64,000 bases of DNA from an uncultured Pelagibacteraceae bacterium (lineage in GTDB: Bacteria; Pseudomonadota; Alphaproteobacteria; Pelagibacterales; Pelagibacteraceae): contig CACBYE010000004.1 in the NCBI GenBank assembly GCA_902543375.1, forward strand, positions 5,869 to 69,868. The letters run 5' to 3'. Positions within the stretch are counted from its first letter, which is position 1. The number at the start of each line of letters is the position of its first letter. The position numbers and the translations under genes were made by a program. Of this stretch, positions 9,311 to 17,265 are shown piece after piece. The notes below the pieces were generated by a model that saw only the letters and a list, made by a program, of their open reading frames with translations, was not told where the DNA came from and searched no databases.

Positions 9311-11203
9311 TTAAAGAATATTATTATTTTTTAGATCAGCTTTTATCTCATCTAAAATTGAAGGATCATCAATAGTTGGTGGCATTTTATATTCCTCTTT
9401 ATCAGCAATTTTTCTAATTGTTCCTCTTAAAATTTTACCTGATCTAGTTTTAGGCAATCTTTTGATAACTATAGCAATTTTAAATGCAGCAACTGGACCA
9501 ATTTTATCTCTGACCATTTGTATGCACTCTTTTGAGATATCTTTGTGACTTTTATCAACACCTGCTTTTAAAACAACTAAGCCAATAGGTAATTGTCCTT
9601 TTAACTTGTCTGCAATTCCAAGAACAGCACATTCAGCTACTGACTGATGTTCAGATAAAACTTCTTCGATTGCTCCAGTTGATAATCGATGGCCCGCAAC
9701 ATTGATAATGTCATCAGTCCTAGACATAATCCATATATAACCATCTTCATCAATATGACCCGCATCATAAGTTTGATAATAACCACCATAATTTGACATA
9801 TAGTTTTCTTTATATCTTTGATCAGCATTCCAAAGAGTTGGAAATGTACCTGGGGGCAATGGAAGTTTTACAACTATATCCCCCATTTCATTTGGTTTAG
9901 CTAAAGTCTGATCTGATTTAATAATTTTTACATCATAGCCAGGTACTGCTTTACATGCTGAACCATATTTAGTTTTCATCATTTCAATTCCGGTGCAATT
10001 TGAACTGATCGCCCAGCTAGTTTCTGTTTGCCACCAATGATCTATTACTGGAACTTTTAATAAATTTTCAGCCCACTTGATTGTATCAGGATCTGCACGC
10101 TCACCAGCTAAAAAAAGACTCTCAAATTTGCTTAAATTGTATTTAGAGAGGAATTTACCATCAGGATCTTCTTTTTTGATTGCTCTAAAAGCTGTTGGTG
10201 CGGTAAACAATGATTTAACTTTATAGTCTGAAATAACTTTCCAGAAAGCACCTGCATCAGGTGTACCAACTGGTTTACCTTCAAACAACAAAGTTGTACA
10301 TCCTTTAAACAATGGAGCATAGACAATGTATGAGTGACCCACAATCCAACCAATATCACTCGCTGACCACCAGATGTCATCTTCATCGATATTGTAAATA
10401 TTTTTCATAGTCCATTTTAAAGCAACGATGTGACCCCCAATGTCTCTAACGATACCCTTTGGAGTTCCGGTAGTTCCTGATGTGTAAAGAATATAAGCAA
10501 ATTCGTTTGAATTCATTTCCACACAATCTGTATCCCTAGCATTAGCATGAGCTTCATCCCAGCTGATCTCCATAGGAGCATTTAATTTGACCTCGTGACC
10601 TTTTCTTTGGAACAAAATCATTTTACTGATCTTGTGATTAGCCAGTTTTATAGCTTCATCTACCAGAGGCTTATATTCAACAGTCCTTCCAGGCTCAAAA
10701 CCACATGAGGCAGTTACTAAAAGTTTTGCTTTACTATCGTCAATTCTACTTGCAAGTTCGTTTGAAGCAAATCCTCCAAAAACAACTGAGTGTATCGCTC
10801 CAATTCTCGCACATGCAAGCATTGCTATAACAGCTTCAGGTATCATGGGCATATAAATTATTACTCGATCACCTTTATTGACCCCTTGATTTTCAAGTGC
10901 TCCTGCAAATTTGGATACTTTTGATTTTAATTCTTCATAACTGAACTTGTTTTTGTTTCCAGTAATAGGACTATCGTAAATTAATGCGGTTTTACTCCCT
11001 TTTCCTTGATCAATGTGAAAATCCAATGCGTTATAACAAGTGTTAGTGACACCATCTTCATACCATTTATAGAAAGGAGGATTAGATTTGTTTAAAATTT
11101 TGCTTGGTTTCTTAAACCAGAATATGTTTTCTGATGCTTCTCTCCAAAAGTCCTCAGGATTATTTATAGATTCATGGTATATTTCGTTGAATTTCTTAGA
11201 CAT
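9311..11203 (-). CDS. prpE: Propionyl-CoA synthetase (acyl-CoA ligase)
   Basis: YTSGTTGTPKG, HSVVFGGF, WWQTET, VAGHRLS, PKTRSGKILR. Confidence 0.9.
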   Translation of the reverse strand: MSKKFNEIYHESINNPEDFWREASENIFWFKKPSKILNKSNPPFYKWYEDGVTNTCYNALDFHIDQGKGSKTALIYDSPITGNKNKFSYEELKSKVSKFAGALENQGVNKGDRVIIYMPMIPEAVIAMLACARIGAIHSVVFGGFASNELASRIDDSKAKLLVTASCGFEPGRTVEYKPLVDEAIKLANHKISKMILFQRKGHEVKLNAPMEISWDEAHANARDTDCVEMNSNEFAYILYTSGTTGTPKGIVRDIGGHIVALKWTMKNIYNIDEDDIWWSASDIGWIVGHSYIVYAPLFKGCTTLLFEGKPVGTPDAGAFWKVISDYKVKSLFTAPTAFRAIKKEDPDGKFLSKYNLSKFESLFLAGERADPDTIKWAENLLKVPVIDHWWQTETSWAISSNCTGIEMMKTKYGSACKAVPGYDVKIIKSDQTLAKPNEMGDIVVKLPLPPGTFPTLWNADQRYKENYMSNYGGYYQTYDAGHIDEDGYIWIMSRTDDIINVAGHRLSTGAIEEVLSEHQSVAECAVLGIADKLKGQLPIGLVVLKAGVDKSHKDISKECIQMVRDKIGPVAAFKIAIVIKRLPKTRSGKILRGTIRKIADKEEYKMPPTIDDPSILDEIKADLKNNNIL

Positions 11204-11348
11204 CTGATTTTTGATTCGATAGTGCCTTTTTTTAGATTTTTAAATTATAAATTGTATTTAATTTCAAAAAGTCAGTAAAATCAACGTAAATAAATGACAC
11301 TTTAGTCTTCAATAATCTGTTTTTATTTGCTATTTAACCCAAATCTTT

Positions 11349-11384
11349 GCTTAGGGAAGCCTGAGCTTAGTTTATATAAACTAA
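11349..11384 (+). promoter_or_regulatory. Tandem hairpin plus perfect 18-bp palindrome upstream of proteorhodopsin
   Basis: GCTTAGG-GAAG-CCTGAGC (11349-11366) followed by TTAGTTTATATAAACTAA (11367-11384); function inferred only. Confidence 0.45.
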
Positions 11385-11418
11385 AATAAGTAAAAACTAA
11401 CTAAAGAGGGAGTTTTTT

Positions 11419-12195
11419 ATGAAAAAACTTAAACTGTTTGCTCTAGCAGCTGTAGCCCTAGTGGGTCACGCAGGTATTGCTAACGCAGCAGACGCAACGA
11501 TGTTGATGCAAGACGACTTTGTTGGAATATCTTTTTGGATAATTTCAATGGGTATGTTAGCAGCTACTGCTTTCTTTTTTATGGAGAGAGGCACTGTTAA
11601 TCCTGCATGGAAAACATCAGTAACTGTTGCTGGCCTTGTAACTGGTATTGCTTTCATTCACTACATGTATATGAGAGAAGTATGGGTTGCTACAGGTGAC
11701 TCACCAACAGTATACAGATATATTGACTGGTTAATTACTGTGCCATTACAAATGGTAGAATTCTACTTAATTCTAGTAGCAGTAAGAAAAGCAAATTCTG
11801 GAATGTTCTGGAGATTGTTAATCGGTTCATTAGTAATGTTAATCGGTGGATATTTAGGAGAAGCTGGATACATCAACGCTACACTTGGTTTCGTAATCGG
11901 TATGGCTGGATGGATTTACATTCTTTATGAAATATTCTCTGGTGAAGCTGGAAGAGCTGCCGCTAAGAGCGGAAACAAAGCTCTAGTAACTGCGTTCGGT
12001 GCAATGAGAATGATTGTAACCGTAGGTTGGGCAATTTATCCATTAGGTTATGTATTTGGTTACTTAACAGGTGGTGTAGATGCTAACTCATTAAACGTTG
12101 TTTACAACTTAGCTGACTTCATTAACAAAATTGCATTTGGTCTAGTAATCTGGGCTGCTGCAATGAGTTCTGGAGCTGGTGCAAGAGCTAGATAA
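11419..12195 (+). CDS. Proteorhodopsin, DTE proton pump, blue-tuned (Gln at position 105 equivalent)
   Basis: Signal peptide, 7 TM segments, RYIDWLITVPLQMVE, retinal Lys in NKIAFG; SD GAGGGAG. Confidence 0.98.
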   Translation: MKKLKLFALAAVALVGHAGIANAADATMLMQDDFVGISFWIISMGMLAATAFFFMERGTVNPAWKTSVTVAGLVTGIAFIHYMYMREVWVATGDSPTVYRYIDWLITVPLQMVEFYLILVAVRKANSGMFWRLLIGSLVMLIGGYLGEAGYINATLGFVIGMAGWIYILYEIFSGEAGRAAAKSGNKALVTAFGAMRMIVTVGWAIYPLGYVFGYLTGGVDANSLNVVYNLADFINKIAFGLVIWAAAMSSGAGARAR

Positions 12196-12215
12196 TTACT
12201 AATTAAACTAAATTT

Positions 12216-12255
12216 ATAGGGCGAGTATGTTTTGCATACTTGCCCTATTTTTTTT
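12216..12255 (+). terminator. Rho-independent terminator after proteorhodopsin
   Basis: ATAGGGCGAGTATG / CATACTTGCCCTAT stem followed by T-run. Confidence 0.9.
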
Positions 12256-12274
12256 AAGCCTTATATACATTTAT

Positions 12275-12595
12275 ATGCCAAAAATAACTTACAATACTCA
12301 TGACAATGATACTTATACTATAGAGGTTCAAAATGGATTAACAGTCATGGAAGGAGCAGTTCAAAATGATGTTCCAGGAATAGATGCAGATTGTGGTGGA
12401 GGAATGGCTTGTGCAACTTGCCATGTTTATGTCAAAGAAGATTGGTTTAATAGATTACCAAAAAAAGAGGATGGTGAAGAAGACATGTTAGATATGGCAT
12501 TTGAACCAAAACCAAATAGCAGACTTAGTTGTCAAATAATTGTTTCAGACGATTTAGATGGATTAGAAGTGAGTATACCATCCAAGCAAGCTTAA
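12275..12595 (+). CDS. fdx: 2Fe-2S ferredoxin (adrenodoxin/Fdx type)
   Basis: [11 protein letters not shown]...SRLSCQ; ATG 12275 (ORF-track start lies inside the terminator). Confidence 0.95.
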   Translation: MPKITYNTHDNDTYTIEVQNGLTVMEGAVQNDVPGIDADCGGGMACATCHVYVKEDWFNRLPKKEDGEEDMLDMAFEPKPNSRLSCQIIVSDDLDGLEVSIPSKQA

Positions 12596-13612
12596 ATGAA
12601 TAAAACCGATGCATTAATTATTGGAGCGGGTCCGACAGGATTATTTACTGCACATCAACTAAAATTAATTGGGTTAAATTGTGAGATTATTGATAACTTG
12701 GATAAGATTGGAGGTCAATGTATTGAGCTCTATCCAGATAAACCAATTTACGACATACCAGCGGTACCTGAGTGCACAGGTGAGGAATTAACAAATAATT
12801 TACTAAATCAATTAAAACCTTTTGATATTAAATTTCATTTAAACGAAAGAGTTGATGAGGTTAAGAAAGAGAATGACAATTGGTTAGTAAAAACTAGTGG
12901 TGGAAACTCTTTTCAAACACCCAATGTAATTATTGCAGGTGGTGTTGGCTCATTTGAACCTCGAAAATTTTCACCAAAAGAATGCGAAAAATTTGAGAAT
13001 AAATCATTATTTTATTCTGTAAAAAATAAAAGTGTATTTAAAGGAAAAACTGTCTCAATTTTTGGAGGAGGAGATAGCGCATTGGATTGGGCTGTTGAAT
13101 TATCAAAGGATAGCAATGTTAATTTGATACACAGAAGAGATGAATTTAGAGGCGCACAAGCAACAGTAGATAAAATGTATGAACTTGAAAAAGCTGGTAA
13201 AATTAATCTATTTACAAAGTATCAAATGAATAATGTGCATGGAAATGAAAAAATTGAAAGTATAGACATTAAGCATGACAATAGTGAAATACAAAGTCTA
13301 AAATCTGATTATGTTCTAGGGTTTTTTGGTCTTATTATGCAATTAGGACCAATTGCTAATTGGGGACTTAATTTGAATAAAAAAACTATTGAAGTTGATA
13401 CTGAAAAATTTGAGACAAATCAAAAAGGTATTTACGCAGTAGGTGATATTTGTAACTATCCTGGTAAATTAAAACTAATTTTATCAGGCTTCCACGAAGG
13501 TGCTTTAGCAGCTAGAGCATGTTTTAAATTAGCGAGACCTAATGAAAAATATAGATTTGAATTTACAACTACTTCTACAAATTTATTGAAAAGACTTGGA
13601 AAAAAAGAGTGA
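12596..13612 (+). CDS. Ferredoxin-NADP+ reductase (thioredoxin-reductase-like)
   Basis: GAGPTG, GGQCIELYPDKPIYD, GGGDSA, HRRDEFRG, KLKLILSGF; adjacent to ferredoxin. Confidence 0.9.
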   Translation: MNKTDALIIGAGPTGLFTAHQLKLIGLNCEIIDNLDKIGGQCIELYPDKPIYDIPAVPECTGEELTNNLLNQLKPFDIKFHLNERVDEVKKENDNWLVKTSGGNSFQTPNVIIAGGVGSFEPRKFSPKECEKFENKSLFYSVKNKSVFKGKTVSIFGGGDSALDWAVELSKDSNVNLIHRRDEFRGAQATVDKMYELEKAGKINLFTKYQMNNVHGNEKIESIDIKHDNSEIQSLKSDYVLGFFGLIMQLGPIANWGLNLNKKTIEVDTEKFETNQKGIYAVGDICNYPGKLKLILSGFHEGALAARACFKLARPNEKYRFEFTTTSTNLLKRLGKKE

Positions 13613-14238
13613 TAGATCTTTACTCAGCTAATACACCTAATGGCAAAAAAATTAGTATTATGCTTGAGGAAATTGGATTTAGCTACAAAGTAATTAAAGT
13701 TGATATTAATAATGGTGAACAATTTAATAAAGACTTTAAAAAAATTAGTCCTTTAAGCAAGATTCCAGTAATAATTGATCAACAAAATAAAAAAACAGTC
13801 TTTGAGTCTGGGGCAATATTGATTTACTTAGCTGAATTAAGTGGAAAATTTTATAACTCTAAAGAAAGATTAGAGATCAACCAATGGCTTATGGCTCAGA
13901 TGGGGTATGTGGGTCCAATGTTAGGTCAACATCATCAATTTCATCATTATAATCCTGGAAAAAGTAAATTTGGTGAGGATAGATATTTTAATATTTCTAA
14001 ACGAATATACAAAGAATTAGATGAAAGATTATCTAATTCAAAGTACTTATCGGGGAGCAATTACACAATTGCAGATATTGGAACTTTCCCATGGATAGCA
14101 AGACACGAATGGCATGATATAGGACTTAAAAATTATAAAAATCTTACTAGATGGTATGAAGAAATTTCCGAAAGAGAAGGTGTAAAAAGGGGTTTTGCAT
14201 TTATGAATGAAAGCGAAACACCACCTAAACCTTTTTAA
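13609..14238 (+). CDS. Glutathione S-transferase (YfcG/Nu-like)
   Basis: TPNG N-terminal motif, KIP, FESGAIL, YTIADI. Confidence 0.92.
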   Translation: MIDLYSANTPNGKKISIMLEEIGFSYKVIKVDINNGEQFNKDFKKISPLSKIPVIIDQQNKKTVFESGAILIYLAELSGKFYNSKERLEINQWLMAQMGYVGPMLGQHHQFHHYNPGKSKFGEDRYFNISKRIYKELDERLSNSKYLSGSNYTIADIGTFPWIARHEWHDIGLKNYKNLTRWYEEISEREGVKRGFAFMNESETPPKPF

Positions 14239-14339
14239 TTCATTGATGATAGCAATCTAAATAAAGAAGCAAAAATTCCATGACCTGAAACCTCTATTGC
14301 GAGGACAATGATAATTATTAAGATTATTTTTGTATCCAT
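14235..14339 (-). CDS. Putative 34-aa small membrane protein (MDTKIILIIIIVLAIEVSGHGIFASLFRLLSSMN)
   Basis: Read manually; ATG overlaps upstream stop (TAATG); hydrophobic N-terminus; fills the gap to the GST stop. Confidence 0.5.
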   Translation of the reverse strand: MDTKIILIIIIVLAIEVSGHGIFASLFRLLSSMN

Positions 14340-14464
14340 TAACTAAACACAATGAATAACAAAATTATCCAAAACAAACCATAATAATAATATATATACT
14401 TTTTAGTAAAATAATAAGTTACTGGATTATGAACTTTCTTAGTTTTTTTCTTTTTTTTAGTCAT
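14339..14464 (-). CDS. Putative 41-aa small membrane protein (basic N-terminus, Tyr-rich, C-terminal TM)
   Basis: ATG overlaps dksA end (ATGACTAA); MTKKKKKTKK...YYYYGLFWIILLFIVFS. Confidence 0.55.
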   Translation of the reverse strand: MTKKKKKTKKVHNPVTYYFTKKYIYYYYGLFWIILLFIVFS

Positions 14465-14981
14465 CTGCGTGAACTTTTTCATCCTTTTCATGTTTTTCTT
14501 GAGCTGCAATAGTATACTTTGCAACTGGTCTGGCCATAAGTCTTTTTAACCCTATAGGCTCTGCGGTATCAAGACAATAACCGTAAGTATCATCTTTTAT
14601 TCTTATTAAAGCTTTATCTATTTCAGATATTAATTTTATTTGTCTATTGATTGCTTTCATTTCAACGTTTTTATCAGTGTAGGAGCTCGCTTGATCTACT
14701 ATATCTGCAGAAATACTATTGTCATCCATACTCCCATTATATAGAGCTTCATTATTTGCTTTAATTAATTCTTTTCTCCATTCTTGTAATTTCATTCTGA
14801 AAAATACCCTGTGCTTTTCACACATATATTTCTCTGTATCTTTAGGTAAGTAAGTCTTTGAAATTTTGATTGGACTTTTATTAATTTCTTTAGCCTTGAT
14901 TACAGCTTTAGTCCTTATTTTACTTGCAGTCTTTTTCTTAGATTTAGATACTTTTTTTTTTACTTTCTTGGTTTTAGCCAT
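14457..14981 (-). CDS. dksA: RNA polymerase-binding transcription factor DksA
   Basis: DIVDQA (DxxDxA) coiled-coil tip, YGYC...IGLKRLMARP. Confidence 0.95.
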   Translation of the reverse strand: MAKTKKVKKKVSKSKKKTASKIRTKAVIKAKEINKSPIKISKTYLPKDTEKYMCEKHRVFFRMKLQEWRKELIKANNEALYNGSMDDNSISADIVDQASSYTDKNVEMKAINRQIKLISEIDKALIRIKDDTYGYCLDTAEPIGLKRLMARPVAKYTIAAQEKHEKDEKVHADD

Positions 14982-14997
14982 AATTTAAAATTGAATT

Positions 14998-15031
14998 CGA
15001 CGGAGTATATTCAGCAAAATTAGGGTGTCAA
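14998..15031 (-). promoter_or_regulatory. Sigma70-type promoter of dksA with GC-rich discriminator
   Basis: TTGACA (15031-15026)-N16-TATACT (15009-15004)-CCGTCG on minus strand. Confidence 0.7.
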
Positions 15032-15060
15032 GCAACGTTAATTATTGTAATTATTTGTTT

Positions 15061-16383
15061 ATGAATGTTTTAAACAGAAACATAAATAATATTTTTTTTA
15101 TTTTTGCTATATCACATTTAATCATTTGGACACTTGTACCTTCTTTAACTAATGGCAATTTACCCTTAGACACTATAGAGGCTTTGGCCTGGGGTAGTAA
15201 TTTAGACTGGGGGTTTAATAAACATCCACCAATGAGTGCATTTTTTTCAGAAATTTTTTTTAATATTTTTGGTTCTCAAGATTGGGCTTTCTATTTATTA
15301 AGCCAAATTTTTGTTGTGATTGCCTTTTATTATGTTTTCAAACTGGCTTATGAAATTTTACAAGATCTTAAATTAAGTCTAATTTCAGTATTATTATTAG
15401 TTTCAATTTATTTCTATAACTTCACTTCTCCAGAGTTTAATGTCAATGTTTGCCAATTACCTTTCTGGTCAATGGTTGTCTATTACACTTGGAAAATTTA
15501 CAACTCTAAAGTAGTGAGTTTCTCAGATTGTTTTTTTGTTGCAATATTTGGAGCGATAGGTTTTTTATCAAAATATTTGTTCATTTATTTATTAGTTTCT
15601 ATTGATTTACTTTTCATTTATTTAATTTTTTTTAAAAAATCAAAAAAATTTGATTTTAAATACATTATAACTCTTGAAGTATTTATTATTTTATTGATAC
15701 CCCACTTAATTTGGCTTTATGATAATGATTTCGTTACAGTTCTATATGGTCTAAACCGAACAGGTTTGGAATATGGCAGTATAACTAATCATCTTTATCA
15801 ACCACTTGTATTTTTGATCAAACAAATTGGAATTTTAATTCCTTTCTTCTTTTTGATTTGGCTATTAGTGAAAAAGATTAAATTTAAATTTAATCTAAAA
15901 GATAAAAAATTACTTTTTTTGATTGCAATAAATATTCTACCTATCTTTTTAATGTTATTAACTTCAATAATTACAGGTTCAAAAATTAGGACAATGTGGA
16001 TGACACCTTTTTATTTATTTTTTGGAGTTTTTTTAGTCTATTTATTTAAATCTCAAATTAATTTAAAAAAAATTGATTCATTTTTACTTGGTTTTTTATT
16101 CCTATTTTTTCTTTCCCCAACAATTTATTCATATGTATCGATATCTCAAACTGATAAAAGAACTGACTATCCAGGAAAAGAAATTGCCTCAAAGGCCCAA
16201 ATCACTTGGAGTCAAGAATTTAAAGAAGAAATTGAGTTTGTAACTGGGGATGAATGGAAAGCAGGCAATCTTTCATATCATCTTAAATCTCGACCCACAT
16301 GGGAGGGACTCACTAATGATGAGATATTGAACAACTCATCACAATTTATTTGTATAGGTGAGGTATGCTTGGGCAGATACTGA
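15061..16383 (+). CDS. Integral-membrane GT-C glycosyltransferase (GT39/ArnT/Rgt-like)
   Basis: Many TM segments; DTIE...WG...KHPP, SKY motifs; ATG 15061 preferred. Confidence 0.82.
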   Translation: MNVLNRNINNIFFIFAISHLIIWTLVPSLTNGNLPLDTIEALAWGSNLDWGFNKHPPMSAFFSEIFFNIFGSQDWAFYLLSQIFVVIAFYYVFKLAYEILQDLKLSLISVLLLVSIYFYNFTSPEFNVNVCQLPFWSMVVYYTWKIYNSKVVSFSDCFFVAIFGAIGFLSKYLFIYLLVSIDLLFIYLIFFKKSKKFDFKYIITLEVFIILLIPHLIWLYDNDFVTVLYGLNRTGLEYGSITNHLYQPLVFLIKQIGILIPFFFLIWLLVKKIKFKFNLKDKKLLFLIAINILPIFLMLLTSIITGSKIRTMWMTPFYLFFGVFLVYLFKSQINLKKIDSFLLGFLFLFFLSPTIYSYVSISQTDKRTDYPGKEIASKAQITWSQEFKEEIEFVTGDEWKAGNLSYHLKSRPTWEGLTNDEILNNSSQFICIGEVCLGRY

Positions 16384-16395
16384 AAAGAAAAGTAA

Positions 16396-17265
16396 ATGAA
16401 AATTAAAATTTTAATTCCGATATTTAATGATTGGCAATCAGTTCTTAAGTTACTAGATGAAATAAATAACTTATCTTTAAATAATGAATTTCAGTTATCG
16501 ATAATTATTTTAAACGATGCTTCTAATTTCGATCGTCCAGATATTGAAAATTCTTTTGAAAATATTCAATCATTAAAGATTTTGAATATGAAACATAACC
16601 AGGGTCACGCAAGATGTATTGCAACAGGATTAAAGTACATTTTTGAAAAAGATGATTTTGATTTTGTTATTCCAATGGATGGAGATGGTGAAGATAGACC
16701 AGAGGAAATAAAAATTTTTTTAGAACAGATAAAAAAATCTCATGAAAAGCCAATTGTTGGTGAAAGAATTAAAAGATCTGAAAGTTTGATTTTTAAAATT
16801 TGTTATCAATTACATAAGCTCATAACTTTAGTGTTTACTGGTAGATCAATTAAATTTGGAAATTACACTTGTTTACCAAAATTAACTGTAGAGAAAATGA
16901 TTAAAGAAAAATCTACTTGGAATAGTTTTTCTGGATCATTAAAGAAAATTGAAAACGATTTAATTTCAATTCCCTCTATAAGAGGGTCAAGATATTTTGG
17001 ACCCTCAAAAATGAATTTTATGAATTTAATAAAACATTCGCTATCAATTATGAGTGTTTTTAGAAAAACATTTTTAATTCGATCAGCACTCTTTATCGTA
17101 ATATATATTTTGCTAATAAAGAGTAATGCCTCTATAATTACCTCTGTACCATTAATTTTATTGTTGATCGCTGTCTACTTAGTATCAAATCTAGCACTAA
17201 GAGAAAATATGGAGGAATTTAAGAATTCATTAAGTCAAATAAAAGATATTGACCAAATAAAATGA
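16396..17265 (+). CDS. GT2 glycosyltransferase (polyprenyl-phosphate glycosyltransferase-like)
   Basis: IPIFND, NDAS, NQGH, MDGDGED, R..GPSKM, C-terminal TM helices. Confidence 0.85.
   Translation: MKIKILIPIFNDWQSVLKLLDEINNLSLNNEFQLSIIILNDASNFDRPDIENSFENIQSLKILNMKHNQGHARCIATGLKYIFEKDDFDFVIPMDGDGEDRPEEIKIFLEQIKKSHEKPIVGERIKRSESLIFKICYQLHKLITLVFTGRSIKFGNYTCLPKLTVEKMIKEKSTWNSFSGSLKKIENDLISIPSIRGSRYFGPSKMNFMNLIKHSLSIMSVFRKTFLIRSALFIVIYILLIKSNASIITSVPLILLLIAVYLVSNLALRENMEEFKNSLSQIKDIDQIK

Noticed and set aside
12227..12274. N-terminal hydrophobic extension of ferredoxin in the ORF track
   Set aside because: It lies within the proteorhodopsin terminator; ATG 12275 gives a normal ferredoxin N-terminus.
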